Positions 11,998 through 26,000 of a DNA stretch of 64,000 nt are shown piece by piece. Both the position numbers and the translations under genes were made by a program. Every line of letters begins with the position of its first letter. Position 1 is the first letter of the stretch. The stretch is taken from positions 1,793,812 to 1,857,811 of the forward strand of contig NC_092675.1 of assembly GCF_964355755.1 (NCBI RefSeq). The letters run 5' to 3'. Under the pieces are notes generated by a model. The model saw nothing but the letters and a program-made list of their open reading frames with translations. It had not been told where the DNA came from and did not search any database. The DNA is from Antedon mediterranea (lineage: Eukaryota; Animalia; Echinodermata).

Positions 11998-14054
11998 ATA
12001 ACGTTTGGTATGTGTTGACAATCTCTCCGAAGCACTAACTAACGGATTATCCTCACTATAATATCTCTTTAGTCGGAGATATACACTTGTGTTATATCGG
12101 CTACACAGGGCCATTGGGGAGATTCATCGTCCGTTTTTATATGAAATTCAAAAATCAAATTGGTTTTACATGTTTATAATCTTTAAGTGGTTACCGCCAC
12201 ATTTAAAAATGGTAGTAATAAAGCCTATTCTGTAGGCCTTCCAGTCTAAAATCAAACTTTAATTTGTATTAATGGTGATACCAAGGTGACTGTCGCAGAC
12301 TTAGGCTTTATTATAATTCATATTTGCTTATATGCATTATCAATGCCAAACGTTGACATGAAGTGATTTCTAAAAAACCTAGCCTCTACTTGAAATTGTC
12401 TAAAACCAGCAATTAAGGATTTGTCGTTTTCAATCTTTAAAGTACATCTCATTTCGGCGTATAATGAAAAGGAAAAAACACTCCAACAGACCAGAATATA
12501 TTATAAAAGCGTGCTTAAGATGTAGGCCAATAGAATCCGAGATACCATGCATTAATATGGTTAGTTCCAGATTTATTGACTTTATTGATCCGTGGAGCAA
12601 TTAGTAAGGCCTGGGTATGTAAATGATTTGTAATTTGAGTCACAACAGGTATACCTTTATCAACCGATGATAATTATGAATTGATTAGGACATTAGGCGC
12701 CGTGTCATGTTTCTATAGATTTCTGTACACCAGCCAGACGACCCATGATTATCAAAAACAAAGTGCACAAGGAATCCGTTTCCGTCGTTTTAAAGTGGAA
12801 TATGCATCAACACAATGCTATTTTGAAATAATCATAATATTTTAATATTATTTTGAATTTACACGAATAAATACGACGGCTAACGTCACGCATCAATGCA
12901 TCAATATTCCGAATTAGGCCTACATTAATTCATAAAACATTCAGCCTATAAGGTTACATAAATTCGTACGTAAATAAACGCATAGTGGTAACAGTGCAGT
13001 CAAAATAAATGCAATACCGTTACTACAAACTGTGCAACGAGAATATGAATTCTAGTGATTTTACGCGAACTTGATTTAAGTTAACGTATGTGTTTGAGCG
13101 AGGCTATCGCCATCTACACATATAATTCAGTTGAAGTGTGTATCTACTTTATGTAGTTAATATATAAATTAGTCATGGAGCAAAAGTTCTTTAGATAATA
13201 CGGAACACTGACTGGGTAAAACAGGCTAACACAACCACCATATTTAAATAGCTTTTAAAATTCACCTTTTCAACACATATTTTCACCCTCGATAAACCAT
13301 ATTTAATTCAGTTTAAGATCCATTTCTTTTTAGTGCACTTTTTTACTATTTATTTATTTCATGGATAGGGCCTACTTTTATTTTTATGTGAAGCGCATAG
13401 AGACATTATGCACTTAAAAGTTCAATGTTATTATATTATTTACGTAAGCCCTAAATGGTTATCGTAAAATGATTAAAGTAAAGTTAGATGGTAAAAACTA
13501 AAGTTTCAGTTATTGATAAATCGTTGTTCATTTCGTTTGTAAAATACGTTCCGTGTGAATAACCTATAGGAAAAGATTTCCATTATCATCACCAGCCGTC
13601 GTGCGAATAGCCGTTTCAGTTATTGACACGGATACTTCAGATCACAATGTTTACGGAAGTGATCCATCAGAGATATTTTTAACTATTATTTCAAGGCAGC
13701 GGCTATTTCAGCGGCATGTTTTTCATGATCCAATAAGGTGTTTTTGATGCACAAGATTCTTATCCATCGTGCATGCTGTGATTCAATCTTATCACTACAA
13801 CAGGTAGCCTAGTCGCCTACCTACTACTAGTAGTACTACCTAGTTAGACCTAGCCTCTCTCTAGGCTTGTTGGTCACAGCTGCAGATACTATTACTAGCC
13901 TACCTACTACTCTAGGCCTTCTGACTTTGTCTCCACACAAAATAGAGGCCTAGAGGTTAGTTAGGTAGAGTGGCGGATTTACTGGCTATCTACCTTGTGT
14001 GATCTTGTGTTTAATAACCCTACCCTAGCTAGGCCTACCCGGCTTTGATTACAA

Positions 14055-17000
14055 ATGATGGAGGCAATACAGAGATTGGCTAGATCACTCCGGAATGCTC
14101 GAACAGTTGAACTTCCAAAAGGTAAGTGAATTAAAATTATAAATATAAATATTCATATTTCATGTTGTAATCACTATTACTATATATCGATCGGTACTCA
14201 ATTACCTTCTTATTAAAATTCTTCTACAAATTAAAAATATATTTTGGAAAATATCTTCAATATTTAGAATTTTAAAAAATGGGACTACTGTCTCGCATTT
14301 CTCTACTGACTCCTATTACTCATGGAAATATTAATTATTATCCCCATCATTCAACTTGTAAATATTAATTATTTTGAATGCTGTAGAATCTTCTTTGGAA
14401 CACCACTATTCAGAAGAATCTCCTATAAGGAGACACTTTGTGTTGAAACGAACAATGGGATATAGTTATTAGTGAATGCTATTGCCAACCCTATTTAAAG
14501 GACACTTTGTTGGTTCCTGAAGGTTTCCCCTTAATAGAGATTCTACTGATAGTTTTTCTATCAAAAATTTCTTTTTCCTTAAAGTGAACAGTATCTCTTC
14601 TAGTTCTATTACTAATTTTATTCCACTGACATAAAATGTAATTATAATTTAAAACATTTATTTGGAATTTTAATATTCTTTTTTTTTCACAGATTCTAAA
14701 GCAGCAGCATATGTACTTATGCCTATGATAATAGCCAATCAACATAGGTAATTTGAATACTATAATTATAACTTAAAACAAAAGCAAATATTGTCTTCAA
14801 AGTGAATCTAAAATGGAGCCAACGGACACGGAAAGTAATGTATTGAGTCAAATTAGACAAGGACAAAACAACAACTTGTTCAAAACAGGAAAATATAGAA
14901 TCAATTGATTTGTTTATGTGATTTAAAAGCTGGACTAGTTGCAGCCGATTGTCTGTTGGTTACCTGTGCCCTGGAATTACACAGAATTTCCTGTTACACC
15001 TAAGGCAACGCTTTGATTTGACCAATCACACGCGAGTGATTTAAAAAAAAGTTGCTTATGATTTGTCAACCTCGCTTGCGTTGCGTCTATGTACTTGTGT
15101 TCTGTCGCTAGTGAGAACCAAGCTGAATAATGTGTCTCACGATCTTGTAGCAGAAATGCTCCAGAAGTGTTGTTATAACAAACAGTCCATGAACATTCTA
15201 TTTAAAATGATTAAATAATGTACATACAACTTAAATACTAAGGACTGTATTGTGCAACATAAGTTGGGTTGTGTTGAAATCTGTTTGCAAGGACTACAGT
15301 AGTTCAGTTTAATTTCTTAATTTTAATCTGTTTATATTCATTTATTCTCTCTTTCAGATCAGTTTCTGATCTTCTTAGTAGTTCCAGTTTTGATGTCAAC
15401 TTTGTATTTGGTAGAGCACAGCGAAATCTGTTACACATTGCAGCAAAGTATGTCATATATTAACATACAGTATCTTGTTCTCTGTGGTGTGTTATACCAT
15501 AATCAGATTCTTAATCCACAACACAACATCATAAAAAAAAGTTGGGGTAGCTGAAATTTTTCTCAATACCTTTATATATTTCAAACGTTGTCACATATCA
15601 TAATTATTTAAAAATAATTAATTATTATAATTTATTTGATTCTTTTAAAGCACAGAACATTATAAAATCTCAATGTACTTTACATAAAGTAGACATTACA
15701 AATCCGAAATATTTAAATAATCTTAAAATACAAAATCACAGTACAATTTATGAAACATTTAAAAAGTTAAATTATCAGCCTTGGTATCATCAAATAATGT
15801 ACCTCAACATCAATATTGACATTATAATCATTACTTTCATAATCATTTTCATAATCATCATACTATAATTGAAATCTTTATTTTATTACTGATAATTATT
15901 ATCCTGTTATATATTATGGTTTTTAATGCCATCATTTTAATCATTATCAAATATTAAATATGTTTGTTCTTCCCCAGCTGTGGTAGTTATGAGGTTTTGT
16001 GTATTCTATTAAGAAAGGGAGCATCACCTAATGTACAAGACATAGCAGGCTGCACCCCATTACATTTAGCAGCTAGAAACGGGTAAATAACCATTCATTG
16101 TTTTCATTGATCTGAGTAGGTAACGTGGAGACCTGATGCCTCTGGTTCAGGAACCCTAAGTGGCCCTCCAACGCTGGAGGACTCTGGCATTTTTAGCCTT
16201 TTCAACATTATGTTAATGCCTGTTTTTCCGATGGGTACTGCTCAGGGGCACCCATAAGCTCCTGGCTCATGAGTGAGTACTCATAGCCATTACACCACTG
16301 TCTATCTACCTTTACTCAATTTAGTTTAATTGTTGCCCAGTTTTTGTTCCATATATAGACAATAAGATAACTTTTTTTATGCAGATAAAAGATTATTTCA
16401 TTCATTCCACAAACAAATAAATGTATAGTAAAATGGTCTTAATTAATTGCAAATATTATATCAATTTTATGGAAATAGATCAATAAAAATGTTCTTATTA
16501 TTTTTCAGGAAGAAAAGGTGTATGACAAAGCTATTAGAGTACAAAGCTGATGTTAATATATGCAATAATGAAGGCCTAACGATGGTACAGTAATTATTAA
16601 AATTGTATATTCTAATTTAATGTATGTTGGTATTGTATATAGGTAGGTATTGCATAATACGGCTTTACCACGTTGAAACACCGGTTCTCGTCAGATCACC
16701 GAAGTTAAGTGACGTTGGGCCTGGTTAGAGCTTGGATGGGAGACCATCTGGGAATAACGGGTGCTGTATACGGAGCTGGGGTCCCGTTAGGCATTTGAAA
16801 TCAGCACTGCTGACTCTTATGGCAGCCCCTGCATCTAGTATCTGCCTCAGACCTCTGGTCAAGGTGGGCACTGGACGAGAGAAGCCCTTGATCAATGTTA
16901 GGACCAATCAAGGTGCTTTAAACAGTCCTGGCTTTGTTTGTATCAAACCTGTTAGTGGCGTTAATTATCGCTGTTGGTTTCGATTAAATAAAATTTTAAA

Positions 17001-20000
17001 AAATAAAAAAAAAATTTTATCAATGATCATGTTTTTGGACTTTTAAAATTACGGTAATTATTATTAGTGAAATATTTGATTTTTTTACAACGTTATGATA
17101 ATCTTATATAATATTATTATTATCAATATTATTATACAGTAAACATGCATTCACAACTGAAGAAAGAAAGGTTTAAATGTTAAGCTCCCAGCTTATTAAA
17201 AAGCTTTGTTTTTTTAAACCTGTATTATACTTAGATTCACTGGCTTGCTGTAAATGGCCGTTCTGAGGCTCTAATAGACGTCTTTCAATATGTTACCAAT
17301 GTAGATGTTGAGGTAATATTTTATTAAGTTCAAATTATTATTTTAATGTTTAAACTGTAATATTATCTGGATTTACATACCTGTCTGTTGTTTTAAATTA
17401 CATAGAAAACAGCAATGCATGTTGTTGATTCATAAAAATGTCAACGGTCAGATAAGCATTTTGATTTATCAATAGGGTCTTGCACACTTGCTTTGGCATG
17501 CTTCCGGTCTGGGAAAATCAAAACAAACGTCAATGTTTCCTTTTGACGCACCTACGTGCTTATCGACCGTTGCATAGCCATGTGGAGCATCATGTTAAAG
17601 AATAAAAATATATTCTATTATTAATTTATATCATTATGATTAATAAACTTGACCATTTTCTTTTGTTATAGGATGGGCAGGGACAAACTGCTCTCCATGT
17701 TGCCTCACAAAATGGCCACAAATTAGTAAGTTCTTTTTTCTATTCTAGGGAGAGCTCATTATTTATAAAATTTGTATAAGTTGTTTGTTCTTGAGAAACC
17801 CTACTACTCATAAATTTAATTAAAATTTTGAACTATTTTTACTTACAGACGGTGGCATGTTTGTTAGATCATGGTGCACGAGTCGATAAGATCAACTCTG
17901 TTGGGCAAACAGCACTATACTTTGCATGCAGGTAAGATTAGGTTTTTGTTTCTGAGAGAAGGGGAGGAGGGAATTTAAATCCTTTTTATTGTTAAATATT
18001 ACAAATTTCTATTTGATACATTTATTTAATATTAATAATAATATTTAACGTCCATTTTTTTCTTTCTTTTGTGGGTTGCTCACCTTTATTATTTTCATTT
18101 CCATTATATACACATGATTGGTAAACTTTTGAAATTGTTCACTATACTATTACTAAAAACATTTCATACAAACTATTGTATTGTTTTCAGTCATGGACAG
18201 TTGGAAGCAGTTCGTCTTCTGTTAGATAAGAGTGCAAAGCATTTCTCTGATGAAAATGGAATAAGTCCGTTGTTGAAGGCTGCACAGGGTGGTCACGTTT
18301 ATGTGTGCAACTTGCTGCTTAAAACATTCCCTAAATTATGGACACATTTGATTGAGTTTAGTGTCAATGAAAAGGTTGATGAATCTAAGGTAAGTGGCAG
18401 TGTTGTTTTTTTTCTTTAGCCTGTTCAATAATGATATAAAAACTCTCCCATCCTCCCACACCAGAATCTGTTGCTTTGCTATAAACATGATTGGGCACAA
18501 CACAAGACAACCTTGAATCCCTAAAGCAGAAAAGTACTTGGTTCAAATCCACTTAGATGTCAGTACCAACTTTTATAAAGCTCTATCTACACTTTAAAAC
18601 TTTATATAACAAGTAATGTGCCCAAATTTGGTAGTGATATGACATCATCATGTAATCAAGTTTTTTGTCAAATAAAGTTTGATAGTGTAGTTTATGTAAA
18701 GTATCTTGTGTGTATGTTTGTCTTTGGTGAATGGAGTATTTGTGCTAAGTAGTGTGAAAGGGTATTTGAAACATTTATCCATGTCTCATCTTGTTTATAT
18801 TCCAGCTGTTGTCAGTTTATTGTAAACTATGTGAAGAAGGCGGTAAGGAAAAGAACACGATCCTGGAAGGCCTTGCTGATCTTGCTTCAGTTACTGGACA
18901 CAAACTTCTTAGGTAAAGTCAATTTTTAATAAGTTTAAAGGAATTTCATTTCAGAATCACTGTGTATTAGGAAGCATTCTACTTTTAGACAGATATTTTA
19001 AAGCAATTTTGTTTTTTTAGAATCAATTATTTAATTTCGTAAGATAGTAGAATCAATATAATGTATGCTATGATGTCGTAAACACACAACTTCAATCAAT
19101 TAATAATAATTTATTTCTCAAATAAAAACAAAATACAGTTAACATTTTCTAAAATAATAAATGAAAAATGAGAAAATGGGTACCCCACTGGAAGCTTAGC
19201 TTTAAAATGTGGGGTTTGGGCAACATATTTAAGTAAGGTAAGGTAAGAAACATGATAATGAACAAAAAAGGCATTTAACTTAAATGAATGCAGTTATAAT
19301 TTAACTTAAGACAAATATATTATTAACTTAAACAATAATAGTAGAAACAAGGTATTCATGTAATTTGGACTTAAAACGAGATATAAAATTAATAATTAGA
19401 AAGAGAACTCTTATGGAAGACTAGCTTTATAATAAGATATTATATTATAATTTTTTAGATGTCTATTTTAGACATCTAAATTTATCAGTAAATGAAAAAA
19501 AATTTTTCTTTCTTTATTTGAAAGTCATACTAGTACCATTGACGTACAGGTAAATGGATTGAACCGATGTGTTCGACTCCTCACTAAACTGTACAAGAAG
19601 TTTTTCTGTGCCAGAGATGATGCACGAAGCCACAGATATTCACCTCCTCCAAGTGTGTTTCAGGTATGGCACTATTTTATGAATAATTCTGTAGATAATC
19701 TTTGAAATGAAAATGCACTTTTTTTTAAAGATTTGTGTAAAATATATTTTTCTTTTTATTGTCCAGCCTTTAGAAGCACTATGGAATACACTAGAACAGT
19801 GGTTACTACTGATGGCAAATGAACTAGAAAAGCTTCCTCTTACGGCGAAAGAAACCAATAACACCGATAAGACATCAAACAACTCTAGTATTCCTTCGGA
19901 AGACAAAAAGGTTGAAAATAAAATCAAGCAGAAAACCGAGTCTAAAATAAAAGAAAAGGTGACTAGCCATCCAGTATCCAGCACACCAGATGGTCTTCCA

Positions 20001-23000
20001 AAAGTGACTAATGAAACAACTGAGACATCGGATGAAGTGGAAGTTATCCTAAAAGAAGGTAGTCTTGAGGACAAGAAGATCATAGAACTTTCCAGGAAGT
20101 CGATGGCACGTTCTCTTTCCACAGACAACTTTCAGGAAAGCGACACTTTACCAATCACAGCTGATCGGGTGTGTGCTGTCATACAGGCTTTCTATACAAC
20201 TTGTTCAACGCAAATGAAACAAACGTAATCATTTTAATTAATTGTTTATAAATTTTAAACAAATACATTACTTTATTCTTTGACTTCCTCTGTTAGGCTG
20301 TAATTGTCTGTTCATCATGTTTTCTGTTTCAAGCCTGTACATTCAGTGTATGTATGACATTAAATTTAACATACCACCTCTAAACCAATCTGAATGCTCT
20401 TATTTTATAGAATGACGCCTCCACGGTTCATAGAATTTGTTTGTCGCCATGACACGATTCTGAAATTTTTTGTTACAAAGTAAGTAAAAAAAAATGATAT
20501 AATATAATATACTGGTATTAAAAGTTGTAACCAACAATTGTACTATTAAATATTATATCCTTATAATTATTATTAAAACCAAATGATAATTGTAACTTGC
20601 AAGAATATAGTGTTTTAGATTGAAGCTTGAAATACTATTTATGGTTCTAGGACACCTACCCCCTAGACAGTTACCCCCCGGATATTTACCACCCGGACAA
20701 CTACCCCCTTAGGACAACTACCCCCCGGACAACTACCCCCTTAGGACAACTACCCTCTTAGGATAACAACCCCCCGGACAACTACCCCCTTAGGATAACT
20801 ACCCCCCGGTCAACTACCCCCCCCCCCCCCCAATCCAAAAGTAGACAAACGGTTTCTGTAAAAATGAAATCATCTGTTTTTAACGGGTGTTTCGAAACTA
20901 GAGATCCGAGACCAGAGACCTGACACGAGACCCAATACGAAAAGGGAGACCTATATTTGGGTCTCCCTTTTCGTATATTAGGGTCTCCCTTTTCGTATAG
21001 TGTGGTCTCTCTTTTCGTATAGTGGGGTCTCCCTTTTCGTATATTTGGGTCTCCCTTTTCGTATATTTAGGTCTCCCTTTTCGTATATTAGGGTCTCTCT
21101 TTTCGTATAGTGGGGTCTCCCTTTTCGTACGTGGGTCTCTCTTTTCGTATATTTAGGTCTCCCTTTTCGTATTGGGTCTCGGGTCTCTGGTCTCGGGTCT
21201 CTAGTTTCGAAACAACCGTTTTTAACCGATTATTCTGTTTAACAGCACGCTAGACCCTAGATGTGCTAGATTTAAAGTACCGTATTTATTGACAAAACGG
21301 CCTGGGCTGTTTATTGTTTAGGTGGTTTTTAGGTGGACGTTTATTGAAAGAAAGTTGTTTATTCAATGGGAGGGGGTATAATCTAATGGAAATAGACGCC
21401 GATTATTAATTCCATATGATGTTTCATGGGGAGTGACATGATCACCGTTTATTTGAGGGGAATTTAATTAAAGATCGCCGTTTATTCGGTGAGTGAACAT
21501 TGAGGTCAAATATCAAAAGTGATATTGTTCTTCAAGTGTACAAAAATACAAAATGACAAATTTGAGACAAAAATTAATTCTTTTAAGACCAGTGGTTATC
21601 GAAGCATTGTCCTGACGCAAAAATTATTATTATTATTAGCGAACCCAGTTTTTACAGTAAATACAGGGAGTACTATATAATACGTTCGACTATCCTATGA
21701 TCATGTGTGACAATCTTCAGTTTATACCAGGCTATATTTATGTTCAATCTTTTACTTTTGTTTACAATAATGAATAGTAATTCGTCAAAGTAACGAATTA
21801 AAATATAGTTATTAATTCCTATTATACACTGTTGCAGAGTCAGGTTGTTGAATGGTCTAGGTGGTAGTTGTCCGTCCGGGGTGTAGTTGTTCTAAAGGGA
21901 TAGTTTTCTGGGTGGTAGTTGTCCAGGGGTTAGTTGTCCTACGGAGGTAGTTGTCCTAAAAGATTATTTGCCCTCGGAGTATTTTCCAGGAAGTAGTTGT
22001 CCTACGGGGAGTATTGTGTCAGAGGTAGTTGTCCGGGGGGTAATTGTCCGGGGGGGTAATTGTCCGGAGGGTAATTGTTCCTAGGGGGTAATTGTCCGGG
22101 GGTAGTTGTCCGGGGGGTAGTTGTCCTAAGGGGGTTGTTGTCCTAAGGGGGTAGTTGTCTGGGGGGTATTTGTCCGGGGGGTAGTTGTCCTAAAGGGGTA
22201 GTTGTCCTAAAGGGGTAGTTGTCCTAAGGGGGTAGTGGTCCAGGTGGTGGTTGTCCGGGGGGTAGTTTTCCGGGTGGTAAATGTCCAGGGGGTGAATATC
22301 CGGATACGACTATTTATGCATCATTTTTAATAATATTAATAATGGTGGAAATATAGCGCCTAATACAATGTTTCGAAGCGCTTTACACACAAAAAGAAGA
22401 AAAGCAGAGGAACTATTTACAACACTTCGTTTTCCAGCACTTTGAAGCTCCTGTATTTTAAATATTGTTTACTGAAAGTTCAAGTGAACATTAACATAAA
22501 AAAAGGTACAGATAGTAGATGTTATTTATGAATTATTGTATGTTTTATTTCAAGAAATCCAAAAGTAATATTCAACTACTTTCATTTCTTACTGGAGTGT
22601 CCTGAATTAATGGCGTGCTTCCTGAGCATCATTCAGACACAACCGTTTAATGACCGCGTTGAATGGTTCTATGAGAATCTTCACATTGACAAAGAAGAAG
22701 ATTTTCTTAGTCGACCTACATCAGATGTTATCCATGTAACAAGAGGTTGGTTAATTATTTTTCACTTGGCAAAATGGCCTTATATTGACCATTTTAGTAA
22801 CTCCCTACTCTGTAACACAGTGTCATATTAGCGTAGCTGCACTTTAGTTTGGCTTCAATTCACAGCCTTCGTTCTGCTTCATCGGGCTCTTATAGTAAAT
22901 GAAACTTTCTTTGTCCAAGAGACAATCAATTATATTTTAATATAATTGATTGTCTCTTAAAATATTTAAAAATATTTTTTAATAGTAATTTTAAATCTGG

Positions 23001-26000
23001 AACCCCTCTTTAAACTTCAACATTTTTAAATTGTCATTTTTAGATGATCTTTTCACTACCAGCTGTAGTGAGGTGGAGAAGGCTGGTAGTAAAAAGTTAA
23101 AGCAGTCGATTGCAGTAAATTTTGCAGGAGAGTTGGGAGTGGTAAGTTTTATCTTCAATTTATTTATTTCAAATATGTAAACCCTACTGTTTCTCATTGG
23201 TCTACTTGGTGTACTAACTTGCATACTATTATTCTAGTTGAGCCTAGAATAAATCTGTTTTTATGTTTTTGTTTGTTGACAGGGACAAGGCCTAGTGCGT
23301 GAATGGTTTGATATTCTGTCTAAAGAAATTCTCAATCCTGACTATGCACTCTTTACTCCCTCAGCAGATGGTAAGTTATTATTAGGTCACAATATCCCTC
23401 CTAACTATGCACTCTTTACTCCCTCAGCAGATGGTAAGTTATTATTAGGTCACAATATCCCTCCTAACTATGCACTCTTTACTCCCTCATCAGATGGTAA
23501 GTTATTATTAGCTCACTGAGGCTTTCATGGTATATAGCAAATCCCTTCACCCTAATGCAGTTTTAAACCGATTTTCCACTAGACGAATTTGTGGGAATCA
23601 AAAGTGTTAGCTTATACACACAATGTCGGTACAAATGAGTATAATTAAAGCATCCTCATTATCTAGCATGTATTTTATTTGATTATTCACACATTTGCTT
23701 ATATTTTTTTATGGAATTTTATTTTTCTAAACAATCATTATATTTTTTGTTTTGTTTAGGTGCCACATTCCAACCCAACAGCAATTCATCAGTTAACCCA
23801 GATCACTTAAACTTCTTTCGTTTTGCTGGTTCTGTTTTGGGATTAGCTCTTTACCATCGACAGCTTATCAATGCGTACTTCACACGCTCATTTTATAAGC
23901 ATCTATTAGGTAAGATCATATTTTAAAGTTTCCTTTATAAAACTGTAATATAATTAGTCGAGCCAAGTGGCCGACCATTGTTATGGTTGTAGAACAAGTA
24001 GAATAAGACTTAAAACCTTTCAGAAGACTAGGGGGTTACCCGGTGTACTGGTCCATTAATTCAGCCCCTGTCATTGTGGACAGACGAACAGGCGCCAATT
24101 GGTGGCAGCACTCAACATGAAGGGACCCTTAGGGGAGAAGAAAGTTGTGGTATGTGTTGTCCACACCTGTGCGCAAGTCAGCCTAGTAGGCTGCAAGTCA
24201 CAGGTTATTCCGTCATTTACACATCTCAGCCTAGTAGGCTGCAAGTCACAGGTTATTCCCTCATTTACACATCTCAGCCTAGTAGGCTGCAAGTCACAGG
24301 TTATTCTCTCATTTACACATCTCAGCCTAGTAGGCTGCAAGTCACAGGTTATTCCGTCATTTACATATTCTCAGATTAACCTTTAGATTTTATTTGTTTT
24401 TATTTCTAATTGTGATTATTTTAGGTATTCCAGTGAGTTATAAAGATGTATCTTCAATTGATCCGGAATATGCTAAAAATCTGCAGGTTTAGTATACAGA
24501 ACATTTTTTCAATTACAGTATCCTATATTAATTTGAAAGATGCCTTTGAGGGACACACCCATATAAGGGGACACCTATATTAATGTTAAACGTATGAGGA
24601 CCAATTTGTTTGGTCCCGAAAATGCACACTGTATTATTATATTAATTATACAGATACACAATGTAGTAAATTTGTCAATGTTAGAAGGTTTTTTTTTTTT
24701 TTTTGTTACTAAAAATACTTTATTTTACAGTATTTTACTGTACAGTACTTACAGTACAGTATTTTTACAGTATTAAAATACTATATTAATGATTTCAGTG
24801 GATACTGGATAACAACATTGACAACATTGGGTTAGAGCTAACATTCTCAGTCCAGACTGATGCATTTGGTATGTTACAAGAAGTTGAATTGAAGCCGGGA
24901 GGAAGTAAAATAAATGTTACCAATTCTAACAAGGTCAGTTTAATGAAATATAGACATAAAGGTAAACCACATGCCCTAGAGTTCTAAGTCTTGCATTCAA
25001 ATATAGAATTGTACTACTTCTGTATTAATTGTATACACTCTATTCTATGCCTGCTGTTGAGGGTAGAATAAACCTAGGCTTAAGTCTAGAAAAATGGTAA
25101 GACCAATCCCAGGCTTCTATGTGTTATATTTCCAACACTCTACTGTTTTCCAATTTTTCTTTTTCCGTGATGGATGAACTTCCTGGCCTAGTTAGCATAA
25201 TCAAACATTATGTCCTCAAGAAGTTGCATGTGTAAATGTAATTAACAAATGCATATTAAAAAAATCTCACTTTTCATACTTCAGGATGAGTATGTCCAAC
25301 TTGTTACTGAACTTCGCATGACAAGAGCCATTCAACCACAGATTGACAGCTTCTTGAGTGGTTTCAGTGAGTTTATCCCACCACCTCTACTACAGCTGTT
25401 TAATGAGTATGAATTGGTGAGTACAAGATACATGGTTTGTATTGGTCATTAAACCAATGGAAAATCAGGGAATTTTACTACAATATTTTGCAATCATTTT
25501 CAGGGCCAATGTTGGTAGTGATATTCCCAAATATGGTAGTGATATGACAACATCATGTCCATATAGGGGCACGTATCACATTTTTTGTCAAATAAAGTTT
25601 GATAGTGTAGATAGAGCTTAAAACCAGGAAAATTATAAAATTTTACTACAATGTTTTGCTTTTTCTTTCTAACAGGAGTTACTACTTTCTGGACTGCCCT
25701 CTATTGATGTGACGGACTGGAAAGAAAATACAGTGTACAACGATTGTTTCAATGAAGAAAATGAGGTTGTCAAGGTAAATTGATTTTTGCTACAGAAAAT
25801 GTAATGGGCTTATAATTTTTGTTTTTACCCAAATATCTCACCCTAGTCCCTCCATGATCAATGGCGTAATGGCTATTAGTGCTCACTGGTTCAGTCCAGA
25901 GCATGAGCAGCCCTAATACTACTGTACCCAGCATTAGAAGGCCCCTCAGGAGTGCTAAACTAAGAGCCTTTGCCCAATGAATTACACCACTGCCCATGAT

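Noticed and set aside
16655-16771. Functional 5S rRNA gene
   Set aside because: Single intronic copy with several substitutions, no T-run terminator, and fused to a body and A-tail; better explained as a SINE or pseudogene.
19640-20128. 162-aa minus-strand ORF
   Set aside because: Antisense shadow of HACE1 exon 12; no independent signals.
24071-24386. Three overlapping repetitive ORFs
   Set aside because: By-products of a 48-bp minisatellite inside HACE1 intron 17.
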